64,000 bases of DNA from contig JAYWIR010000029.1 of the NCBI GenBank assembly GCA_036172245.1, positions 1,736,001-1,800,000 on the forward strand, given 5' to 3'. Under the pieces are notes generated by a model. That model ran no database searches, was not told the origin of the DNA, and worked only from the letters and a program-made list of their open reading frames with translations. Origin of the DNA: Raillietiella orientalis. Lineage: Eukaryota. Below are positions 50,511 through 62,500 of this stretch, in pieces; position 1 is the first letter of the stretch; every line of letters starts with the position of its first letter. Position numbers and translations under genes: made by a program.

Positions 50511-53500
50511 ATGGAGCCGCCGCGCGACGCCCCACTGCCGGCACCCGCCGACGGCGCTGCCGCCGCGTCAACGCTGACCGGCGCCTACGTCCTCATCGTT
50601 GCCAGCAAGCCCAGGGAGGAGAGTCACCGCGCCGCCGTTCTGCAGCAGATCAAGGAAGGTGAGGGGACCGGGGAACCCCACCTCCTGGAAGATTGAGGCG
50701 GGACGGGAGGGAGGAAAGCCATGCCACGTCCGGGAGAGGAGGGGCTGCCGGGAGGGCGCTTGGCTCGCTCGGTCCCTTCGCCTTTTCCCCCCCCTCCCTT
50801 CCCTTCCCCCTGCCCAACGTGTGGGAAGAGGCCGATCAGCGGTATCGGGCCGCGCTCAGACTCGAGCGGAGGGAGGAGAGACGGGGGGCGCGCGCCACGT
50901 CCGCCCTCGCCCCTCCGCCGGCATGGACGCGCGCGCGCGCGCGGCGGCGGCGGCGGCGGCGTTCGATCGCCCGTCCGCGCTTCGAGCGGGGAAGAAGCTG
51001 CCGCGGTAGGGCATCGATCCCGTTGCCATGCAACAGGAGAAGAAGGAGAGGAGGGAGAGACGGTGCGCATCTTGCTTTGCTTCTTCCCTCCCCCCCCCTT
51101 GCCCTCCCCTACCCTCCGCCCTTCCCCGCATCTGCCGTAGCTGGCGGGGGAGGGACTCGGCTGTCGCTCCTCCCACCCCCGCCCCTGCGGGAGGGAACGG
51201 CTCTCTTTTGGATCCCGGGAGAATCCGCGGGGGGGGGAGGCAGCTGCCGAGGCGGAGGAGTCCGGCCATCGATCGGTCGCAGTGCGGCGCCGCCGCCGGT
51301 TTAGAGCGCTGGAGGGCTCTCCCGGGCAGGCGGGAGGAAGGAGGGGAGGAGGGGGAGGAGAAGAAAAAGAGGGAGCAGCAGCTCCTCCCTTCGGGCTGCT
51401 TTCCCCCGGTGGGATGGGGAAGGGCGCGCGACAGGGCCGCAGCAACCGGGAAAACGCACCTTGTTCTCCTCCCTCCCCAGCCCCTTTCCACTCCTTCGGG
51501 GGCTTCCGATGTCGCCGGACAGGAAGGGGAAATGGAGGGAGAGTAGAGAGGAGGAGGAGGAGGAGGAGGAGGAGGAAGGACCTGTTCGTTCCCCTCCCTC
51601 GTTCCCAGCCTTCCTCCTCGGCCCTCCTCGTTCCGTTCGCCTAGAAAGTCCCCAGCAGCTACGCCTGCGTCGGGCCAGGCGCGCGCGATTGCTCCGCGCG
51701 ACGGCCGGCCTTCGATCTCGTGGGTGAGTCATCCCGGGTGGAGGCGGCAAGCCGGGAGAGAAGGAGGCAGCCGCGCGTGGCGGTCCCACCCACTCCCCTT
51801 CGATCCCCGCTGAGACGGGGAACGTCCCCCCACCCTCGGACCCCTAGCCAGGACTCCGTGCTGCTTCCAGGAACTCTCTGGTCTGGAAGGAGGCCCCTTT
51901 CCGCCCCAAGGATTCGAGGGCAGTGGGAGGAGAGCGTTTCCGGGACCAAGCGTTCCATTCCCCTCAGAGGGTGGGGAGGGGCCCGCGGCGGAAGAAGGGT
52001 GAAGGGGTGAAGGCTTCTGGGTGAAGGGGGCAGGCGCGCCGTTCCTGGGTTTCCCGGGAGGAGGAAGAGACCCGGCATGCCCCCTCCTTTCCCTCCCCTT
52101 TCGGGATGACAGGACTCAGGAACGCCGCCAGCTGGATATCCCGTAGTAGGTGGGAGGGAAGATGAGAGCGGGGCCCCCAGTCCGTCGCTACCCTTCCTGC
52201 TTCGGGTACACCGTCCGGAGGGGGCCGTCTGGCGAGGGACGGGGTCTTGCCCAGGAAGCTTCCTGAGGAAGGGCGCAGGGAGGTTTCGGGACACCCCCGT
52301 TCCCTTCTCCACGGAAAGCTCGACTCTTCCCACGGGTTGCGAGGGAGGAGGCGGGAGGTGGGGAGGAGGGGACGAGGCCATCGATCAGCGGACCTGGCAC
52401 TCTTGCGCGAGCTGCGCTCCGAGTCCGCCCTTGGCTTTTCGAGGCTCCGGGGTTGCCTAGCAACCTCGGCAGCGGCGTTGTCGAGTTGGCTGCGGAGCGG
52501 GACTTGGGCAAGGCATCTCCCGGTACGGGGTTCAGGGAGGGCCGGCGCACGCGCGCACGTGCCTAGAAGTGCAGCCAGGGGAAAGAGAAGGGGCTTCGTC
52601 ACATGGAACCTTCCCGGTAGGACGGAGAGGAAGGGGTTGGGATGGGAGAGCGACGTTACTCCCACCCCCTTTCCCCACCTGCCGACCGACAGAGTGACCG
52701 ATCTGTACTCGAGCAGGTCGGTCGGCCACACCAGAAGGGTCCTGGAACCTAGAGAGGGACATCTCGTGGGGACCGGAGGACCATGTCGTTCCATCTATCC
52801 TCCTGACCCCCGGAGGGTGAAACAAGAGGAAGCTCCACAGGGTAGGAAAGCCGAAAGTCTCGGGAAGGAGAGGAGAGAGGGGGAGAGGACGACGCGTTTC
52901 AAACCGAAGCGTCCCCGAGGGTACGGTGAGTCCAAGCGTGGCGGGCGGTCCCACCTTCCCACCGCGGATTTCCGGAAATAGCCGCCGTCTTACTCATAGG
53001 AGGCGCAAGAAGGGGCGGGGAGAGATGAGGGTCCTCGCTGAACCGGAAACGGCACTCGGGGCAACCGGACAGCCCGGGGACAGCGACCGACGCGGGAGGG
53101 GCCGCCACCGCCCTCCGACGCCAAGACGCTTCTGCTGCCACATCGCGGCTACATCCCAGTCTTCCGTTCCCATTCTCTCCAGATGGCCTCTCCTCTGCGC
53201 TCTTCCCTCGGTCCTCTTCAAGGTGCTACGGTCACATGGCAACGCAGGCTACAGCGCTACCTGGCCTTTCGGAGTCCTCGGCCAGGAAGCCCAGACCAGG
53301 AAGGGAGGAGAAGGGTCGGGGGAAGTTGCCCCCCGCAGACCTTCCGGAAGGTGCGAGGAGACACCTTGGGTTGCCTGAGGGCTCGACTGCTCAACCCTTG
53401 GGGGAATCCCGCCTGAGGCCTTCATCAGCGAAACGTCAGGAATGAACCATCCGCGATGGGACGGCGACTGCGCGACAGGGGCGGAACGCCAGGTCTCTCT

Positions 53501-56500
53501 GGCGACCCCTCCGACCCGCTTTTTCTACCTCCGAGGGGGAGAAGAGGGTGACCAGTTCCTCCCGCGGGGGGTTTCTCACCCTGCTGCTCCCGGGAGACCC
53601 TCTCGGTCAACTCCCCTTCTCCTCCTTGGACAGCTGGGCTACTTGCGGCATCGCATCTGGGTTGACCAAGCCCCGAGGGTGGGTCACCAGGGACCCTCCG
53701 TCCGCAGCGTTCCAGCAAAGGACAGACGGCCGCACAGCCGTCACCTCCCTCGAGGCGCTCGCCGGGGCCTCAACATAGGAGAAGCAGTGAGGGAGGACTG
53801 CAGGGCGTTACTCAGGAAACGGTTCCTTCCAGGTCTGATGTCCTGGGACGAGGCCAAGTTCTGCCCCATCGCTCTGGAGCTCGGCCGGATGTCCAAGGAG
53901 TGCCCCAAAGGGGAAGACGACAGGAACGGTGAGTCCGGAACGGGGTCTCCTCCTTGGCAGTTTTGGGAACAGCCACGGGGAGTGTCTACCCTCCCACCTC
54001 CATTCTTCACGCTCACTCTTTCTCTCATCTCACATTCAGTTGTCGTGCGCCCCCTCCTTCCCTACTGCTCGGAAGAGAAAGAAGGGAAAGGGGGGTCTCC
54101 ACCCCCGCTCTCCAGGAGGGAATCCGATCTACCCCCCTCCCAGAGCCGAGGGTCTCCGGAGCACGCTCGTCTCGCTCGTGCATGACCCTCTTTCCCCACC
54201 CTTCCCCTTCTTTCCTTCCGGGACATCCGTGGGTTGCTTTCCCCAGCCCTCCTTTCCCCCCGTCGTCCCCTCTTCGTGCAGCCAGTTCCGCTCCGTCGGG
54301 GTGCCTGATCGGACTGGAGCTGGCAGCACCGCCCCGTGGAAAAGACGGGAAGCAAACAGACAAAGGTCGCCTCAGGAGCCGGGGACCCGTCGCCCTCTCT
54401 CCCGCTCGCGAGCGCCGGCCGGGAGGAGGAGAACCGGGATTCTTGCCTGTGTCCGCTCCGGAAGACGCGCCGCCGCTGCCCTCTTCCGAAGGACCAAGCA
54501 AGGGCGGACACAGCAGAAGAGAGCCAAGGGAGGACCTCCTCCTCCTCCTCCTTCCGCTGCCCCGGTGCCCAACGCGGCGGCAGGGCGGGACGGGGCCACT
54601 GGAAGGGACGGTCGCCAAAAAAAAATAAAAAAGGTGGTGCCTTTCCTTTCGCCGGCTCCTCCCCTTCTCCACCGCTGCCTGAAGGGGGAGGAGACTATGC
54701 GTGGGGTGTGTATGACGGAACTCGGACCCTTGTCATCACGGAAGTCGCCGCTAAGCCGGAAGCTCTGCCGTTCGCTGCCTCGGACCAACACGGTCGCTCC
54801 CGGAAGGCGGCGGCGGAAGAGGCGGCGCGTCCTGGAAGAGACGGGAAGCAAACAGACAAAGGGCTCCGGGTCGTCGGGGACCCGTCTCCGTCTCCGCCAG
54901 ATCCGGAGAATTCCCGAGCCTGGAAGGCAGTGGGCGAGCTCAGAGGACGTCTTCTCTCAGCCCTCCTCGGGGAGCTGAGATCACAGTCGACGCAGGTCGC
55001 GGCCCTCCACCCTCTGCCCTCAGGAGTCCGGACCAGGAAGAGAGGAGAAGGGTCAGGGGAATTTCTGTCCCTTCGGCAAAGGACACCGGGCTTCGTGTGC
55101 CAAGCTAGGCCTCTCCTCTCCCCCTTTCTTCCCGCCATCTAGCGGGAACGGCTGCGAGCAAGTCGCCAGCCAACGGGATGTGGATCGGGATTTTCGGGTT
55201 GCGCCTCAACAGCACCTCTCGCGGCTCGACGGGGAACTCGAGGCGTGGAGACACGCAAGAAGACAGGAAGACGAAAAGTCCTCCTTCCTTATCTGCTTCC
55301 TCCATCTCCTCGCCCCCCTTTCCGGGATTTTTTGCATCCACGGTCCGAAAATCGGCGCATCTGTGCCCTCTGATCTCTCAGGGCATTCCAAGGCCGACAG
55401 CGAAACGTCTCCGCCGGCTGGGAAGGTCATCTTCCGCGAAGACGAGAGGGTCCTACTGCCCTCGAGCACGCTTACACATTGACACACCCTGGATCCTGAC
55501 TGCATCGCGTCCATGTCTCCTGGGATGCGGATCTTCTTCGTGAGGGTTGCCAGTGATCTCGGGTTTTCCCTGGACCAGCTTGCTACCGCGAGAGCAGCCA
55601 TCCCGGAGACTCGTTACTGCTTCACGGGTGGCTCCCGGGGAATGAACAAATGCCGCGGCACGAGGGATCGACCCTCTTTTTCCCTCCAGAACTCGAGACG
55701 TCCTTCCCTCTCCGGGAGGGCGCGCCACCGTGCCTCTTCGAAAGCGCGTGCGCGTGAGGAACGCGGCGCCATCTGTTCTCGTAGAGGCCCGCTCCATCCT
55801 CGCTCTTCCCTCGGAATCCTTTCTCCGGGTATGGACGGAGAAGGGGAAGGTAGCCGATCGCGGCCTCTACCATCTTTCGGTACTCCCTTCCTGCATCACA
55901 TCTTCCGCCTTCTACGCCTCCTGTTGCCGTGGTCGTGCGACGATCTCTTCCTCGCATGATTCTGGGTGCCGCTTCGCACCCTGCTGCCATCTCGCACCGC
56001 TTGGATCAGCCTCTCACCCCCGGCATCCGGCAGCCCGAGAATCGCCGTGCTGCTGCTTTTACTACGAGGTTCTCGTGCGCTTCCCGCAGCAGCGCAGATT
56101 CATCCTGGAGCCTCAAGACAACGCGGACGTTTCGCATAGCGCAAAGGGTCATCGTCGCGCAGGATCTTCCGGGATCTCTTGTCGACAGCAGCGACATTCC
56201 ACCGATCTAAATCAGACTTGGAAAGCTTCGCAGGCATCTCGGATCCTCCAGACTCAACCAGGGATAGCCGCCAGACGGTAGCGGAGCGGCGCTTCCCTCT
56301 TCGTCGTCAAGGATCAGCGAAGGTGGTACTGGAAGGAGAAAAACCAAGCTTAGCTAACCAGGAGAGCTTCCGCGTCCATCTATGCTTAGACGGGAACGAG
56401 AACGAATCCTCTAGAGGAGCGGCAGATAAACCGAGTTTCCGTGCAGAGCTCTGAGAACGGCAACTGCAAAGAGGCAGATTCAGCGCTCTTGACTGAGTCT

Positions 56501-59500
56501 CTTCGCGAGATCCGCTTCCTTGTGGGCAGTCGCCTCTGGTGCCTCGGGCTAGCGGCTGACTTTAGACATTCGCAAGCCACTCTGTTCCTTGGAGGAGCAT
56601 TTGGCTTTCCGGCCTTTTCCCATCGTAGCTCACGCTTTCGCTTTTCTCCGAATCGATTAGAACTAGAATCCCATCAGTGGAAACATCTCAGACCACACAC
56701 AAGCTCACGCTCACCCTCATGCATGCATGCATATGTAAGTAAAATAAGGTAACCTGTAACGTACTTCGATCTAACTGTAGTTCTGTGAGCTGCTAACAGA
56801 TGTCAGAGCCACCCGTTTGAATGCTGGTAGCACCAAAAGTTAGCGAGCGGTAATTGTAAGTCTCGAATAAATCACATCACAATTCAAGATGCCACTCTAC
56901 CTCTTGCAGTGGTGATCATTTTCTGGAGACATATGCATGGGAACACATTTAATTTTGTTTTGTTAACTTTGAAATCATCTTTGAAAGTTTTTCTGTGTTA
57001 TAATTGTTCTTCTTTGTATGCCAGGAGAAAAACTGATACAGTATGCTTCCGAAGACATTATTTTCGAAATCTTAATACATCCATGTGTAAACACTCTTCA
57101 GCAGTGTATTCGAAATTTGTTGTCGTCATGCACCAGATATAAGCATATAATCCATGCGGGCTACACATTCTTAGGAAGTGGATCCTGGTGTCTACAGGTA
57201 ACCGTCCTAATTATGTAATTTGATTTCTGGATCTTGAACCCTACATTCACCTGTTGCTTGCTCTGTTTGTGAACGCCGATATCCGATGCCTTCAAGATAC
57301 GGTTGCGAAACGTCAGAACGCACTTCGTAGGCTGAGATGCGTCTGCGTGTGCATTTTGCATTTTTTATTTGGGGTACAGACGATGGATGCAAAACGAACC
57401 CATCGAAGTCAGGTGCTGTTGCTCCGTGGATTTCCATTCTTTGCTCATGGGAACGTGCACCATGTCAAGGGTCAGTCCCTACGAGAATTTCTGCTCCAGA
57501 AGTTGTAGACTGCGCCGCAGCCTCCGTTGCTGACTGCACCGTCCTTTGCTCCGTTTGTGCGCACGCCCACGCTGCTCTCCCCCCGGTTCGGCAGAGCAGT
57601 CTCTTGAGCTGTTTCGTGTCCATAATGACGCGAAACCCTGGGATGAGCGCTTACACATGGACACCCTCTGTTTTCAGCAAACCCCCTCGCGCGGGGGTCC
57701 GCTGGCTGCAAGTCGCCGGGTATCCGTGCTTTGGGATGGAGCTCAGCCGTTTGTCGGCACACGTCAGACCATCATGGGTTCACCGTTCGCTTGCGAATCG
57801 ACTGCGGTCCATTCTCTCAGCCTTATGTCTTCGTGTTCCGTCGATGGGCGCGTTTCACGGTCGAGGTGTTTGCCGTGGTCCACCAGACTTCTCCGAGTCT
57901 TCACTTCCGGTTTCTCTAATCGGAACGAATGGATTCCGTGACCTAGCGGCGGCGAATAATGGCTTTGCGTCGGAAGAACAATTAATGACGTTTCATTCGT
58001 TTGCGCAAACGACGTGGTGACTCGGATTTTTCAGAGCTGCCTGGTTGATCAGCACCGTTGAGTTCCTAGAAAAAAAAAGAACAAGCAAAAGTCCTCCTGG
58101 AGAAAAGAAAGGGATGCGGGGAAGCCTTCGATCCGAGTTCAAGAGTGCCTGGGGGCTCCGACAGCGGGGTGTGCACTTCCGATGGAGAAAACCCTCCCTT
58201 TGAGACAGCGCAGTCGTTCGACTGTGGGTCAACTAGCACCACCCGTCAGCGGGTTTTCGCACATCGCGGTGGTCTCATCTGGGTGACCCGTCCGTCATGC
58301 CTGGACCGCGTCCTTATCACAACGCGCGCGGAATGCGTTCTTACGCGAACTCAGTCAGAAGTCGATGGAAGGCGCCTAGAAGGGTGCTTCGCCCGCTGAC
58401 CGATGGGTTTCTTTGCTTCCCTGCCGACGCCTCGACAGAGACAGATGACCAACAAGCGCCAACAGCACGGGAAAAAAAAAAAAAAAAAACGGCACATCCA
58501 TCTTGATGGAGCACGTGCTGGACGTCTCTGTCCAGGCGGTGATCTGAGACACTGTCTGGTGGAAAGCACAGCGAACGGAACCGAGATCTCGCTCATCGTC
58601 CAAGAGCGCGCAGGTTTTCTCCGTTTCCCCGCTAGACTTTCGACCGCCTGAGTCCTCTTGACGGTCGCCGAAGATAGTGGGTGTCTCCTCATCCGGATGA
58701 AATGCTCTTCCTCCTCTAATACGCGCACCCTCGCGACCCGGTACGGTGCTTGCCGAGAAGTGGCGGGTAGGTGTCTTCTGTAAAGCGTTTCTTGCTCGGG
58801 CTCACTGGATCACATCCCTGCTAGCGCGGCGGATTCTGCTCAGCACCTGGAACAGCCACCCCTCTGCGACGGATGTACTCTCTGTTCTCCCTGTTCTCTC
58901 CCTAAAACATTCTCTCCCCGCACGCTAAATGATTCTTTCGCACGCACCAGGATGGGATGCAGTTCTTTTCTTCCTTAGCTGACACGAAACTCTTTCTAAT
59001 CAGCGAAAGGTTGAGGCTTCTGTTTGCAAAGAATTATCCACGGTTCCGTGTGCTCGTCGTACTAGGTCTCCGATCCTCCTCCTCCATCTTGATGTTCCGC
59101 CGTGTGCCCTTTCGAACTTCTTTGCTTGACGACCGACAAACCAAAGTGATCGGTCGATCGAAGCAAAGCCGCTGCTTTCTTGTGCTGCGCTTCGCCGCAT
59201 CGCCGGACTTTTCGTGATCGACCCTCCGCAATCTGTTTCAGGACGGGACGTTTTCTTTCGAAGACTTCCTGGACATCTGTTCCGAGTCTGACGTCTTCCG
59301 TGTCTTGAAAGCATATGAGGATTCGATCCAGATCACCGTGCACTGCCTTCAGGAGAATCCCTGGAACACCGACTGTCTGGCAATGAGGAAATGGGAGACC
59401 GCCTGCAAGCTGATCGTGAATTTTCCGCAGGTCATTTCCTGCAGAACCGAGTTCGACGCCTTCATCCAGTACATAGAAAAATTCCTTCCTGTGGAACCTC

Positions 59501-62500
59501 TGGAGGTAAACTTGCATCTCATTGCTGGGTTGGTTCGCTCTTCCGCGACTGTCCTGTTTGTGGGAAAGCGCGAGATGCTCCGATCGCACTTGGGAACGCT
59601 GGAGCATCTCAGCCTTCCGCGTGCTCGAGTCCGCGCTTCCCTTCGAGGAGGAACGTTCCGTCCGGGAGTTCGCTCGTGCGCTGCGCTGCGTGCGCGACGC
59701 TAAGGCAGCGCAGTCGGTCTCACCATCGAATCAACGGTGAGCCAAGGGCGCGCCGAGCTAGGGAGATCCAGGCGTTCTTTGGGATCCAGGGGGATCGCAC
59801 GTTTCCATGGCGACGTAGGGCAGCTTCTCTGAGAGGGCTCGTCGATCATGCGAACGCAGTCCGCGGCGGGGTGCTGCGGTCTGTCGCGGCAGCAGCAGCA
59901 GCATGCAGAGGGAACACGCGACGAGGCAGGAAAACCTGAATCTTGGCATTCGTCCCGCGCCTGGTCACGTCCACTTCGTCCGCAACCACTCCGACTTCAG
60001 CCGGGGAGTGTTATTTTCCCACTTATCGTGTTCGAATGATGCCAGTGTTTTCAACTGAATGGACTTATAATGGGTACTCTTTCTTGACTGCCCTTTTCCA
60101 AACATAATTTATAAATGGCAATCTATGACGTCACGACCATCCATCACGAAAGAAATGGGAGTAAGAAGATCGTGACGGCAAACATTAGAGCCGCGGTGCG
60201 CGCCGTGCCGTTTTAGACACAGGCCGAAAGCGGCAATTTACCAAATGCGCAAAGAAAAAAACTAACAGTCGGCGTCGGAGCAGACAGCACGCGGAAAAGC
60301 GGATCCTTCCGAACGATGAGATTGATGGAGACAACCGAGATCCGAGATCGGATTGGAATCCGCTAGAATTTGGGACGCTGTGTCCGTCCAGCGACTTCCT
60401 CGTTTTCTGACCCGCGACTCGAAAACGCATCGGCGGCAATCAGAAGATGACTTCCCTGCATTGCCCCCGGCGCACCAGACGAATTAGGAAGTCCTCTGCA
60501 TCTCACCTCGAATGCGTCCCGTTCGGTCCATTGACGCTCCTGTCGTTCTCTCTGTTCCAGTGCATGCTGAAGTCGACGGAGATCATAGGAAGCGTCCGGT
60601 TCACTCGGCCGACCGTGTACATCTTTCCCGCAGGGCAAGGAGACTGCTCCCTCTTCGGGGTGAACGGGTTCAGCATGCTTGTGGACGCGGGATTCTCTCG
60701 CCGCTGCTGCTTCTGGGATTTCGTGCGCCACCTGGATCGCTTAGACTCGATACTTTTCTCGACGATCAGCTCTCACAACCTGGAAGGAATGGCGTCCTTC
60801 CTGGAGAGGAAGGTGATCTCCCAAGTGTATCCCCAAATCGGTCACTTCATGGGGAACGTCTGCGGCTGGAAGAGGGACGCCGATGGAGGAAATTCCAGGA
60901 ATCCGCTGATCACCGACATCAGGGGCGTCGTGGGGAAGATCGTGGAAAGTCTTTCCGCCGTCGGCCTCAAGCCGCAGCCTCTCTTCTGCAACGGTTCGGC
61001 GACGCCGGTAAACCTTTACAGGAAGGTCGGCTACGGCACTCTGAACATGTACGTGCTGAACCCGTGCGAAAGCAGCGAGGAGTTCGAAAAGTTCCTCTAC
61101 CTGTGGAAAGAGCAGTCCTCTGATCTGTCCTCCGAAACTGTAATGAGGAAGGTGCAAAACAGGGAGGCTCCCGTGTCGCTTCTCGACTGCATCTCCGCGT
61201 GCGTCGCGCTCATCTGGATCCCCGAGTCGATGGATGACAGGGTGACGAGGCTGCTGTTCACCGGTAGCTGTCCGGAGGACAGGATCTTGGACGCGCTGAA
61301 GAGGCTGCTGAGCGTGGAGGAATTCAGGTACCCGGCGTTCTTCGGCAAATCGGGGAGAGCCAAGGTGCCCGGTGCGGACCTGGAATGCAATATGAAGAAC
61401 GCCGAAGCCACCTCGCGGAAGAGAACGACGAAGCTGCTCGGCAGGCGGGACAGGCCGGCGCACTCTGCTCCCACGGAACTCAAGACCACCACCAACAGGG
61501 AAGCAGCGTCCCGGGTGTCTTCCAGCAAAGTCCAAGTCAAGGAGCGGAATGTACTGCGGGACGCCGCTGGGAAGCCAAAGCAGGGCGTGGCCGTCGGCGC
61601 GAAGAAGTCCGTCGAGAGGGACGGCCGGAGCATTCAGGAGAGTCCTCTGGCCGCGCGACCCGACAAGAAGACGCCCGGCAGGCCACTCGCCGCCGACCCG
61701 GCCAAAGAGAAAGCGCAAAAGTTCAGGAAAACCCCAGAGGCAAAATCGCGCGCTGGAGATGAGCAGAAGAGTGAGAACGGCACCCAGGTTCCTGCTCACA
61801 AGGCAGACAAGAAAAAGACCCTGAAGCAGCTGGAAAACGAGAACCTGCAGAAGAGCGGCGAGGAAAGAGCATCGTCCGGAAGGAAGCAGAATGCGGCGCT
61901 GAAAGAGAAGGGTTCGTCGAAGGCGGAGGAGAAGCTGGGTAAGGTGAAACCCAAAGCTGAGGTGAAGGGCATCCGGAAGATGTCCAAAGAAGCGCCGAGC
62001 AAGCCGGAAAAGGACGTCTTCCCTCCGGAGGAAACAGTGCTTCCAGCGGCTCCTCCTGCTGGCCACCTCGTCAGGTCGCCCACCTTGACAAGCCATTTCG
62101 CCCCTGAACAATTAGAAGATAGCCTCTCCGACGTGAGCAAGGTGAACGAAATCCTCCAGCATCCCAGTACAGGGGTCAGAACCGAGATGTCCCAGGACGA
62201 GATCAAGGTGGAGCTGACTGCGGTGTACGACACGAGTTTCTTCTCCCACGGAGACGAGCTGTCGAGGGATGAAATTATCTCGTCGGAAGCCGAACCACCC
62301 AGGGAGAGAGAGGATCTTGTGAATGGGGTGGAGGAGGAACAGGTCCACGAAGACGCCTCCAGGTCACAGCCCTTCCCTGACAGCAAGATTTCCGCCGAAG
62401 AGGAGAAAGAGATTTCTGCTGAAGAGGAGGAGCCCTGTGAGGTCAAAGAGCATCCCTTTCTGGAAGAGGCCAGTCCCGAATTCGGAACTGATTCCGGTCT

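Larger units (their letters stand above)
49600..52000 (+). promoter_or_regulatory. GC/CpG-rich promoter and first-exon domain of the futsch-like gene
   Basis: Very dense CpG with (GCC)n, (CCT)n, (GAG)n and (CG)n tracts around the first coding exon. GC enrichment extends roughly 48-56 kb. Confidence 0.55.

Noticed and set aside
53410..53440. ggccttcatcag next to cgaaacgtc, resembling hammerhead ribozyme core halves
   Set aside because: The two halves are on opposite strands and cannot form a core on either.
49628..55142. Many 200-350 aa ORFs around and within the futsch introns
   Set aside because: Low-complexity, GC-driven ORFs. Only 50511-50658 and 53833-53928 match futsch.
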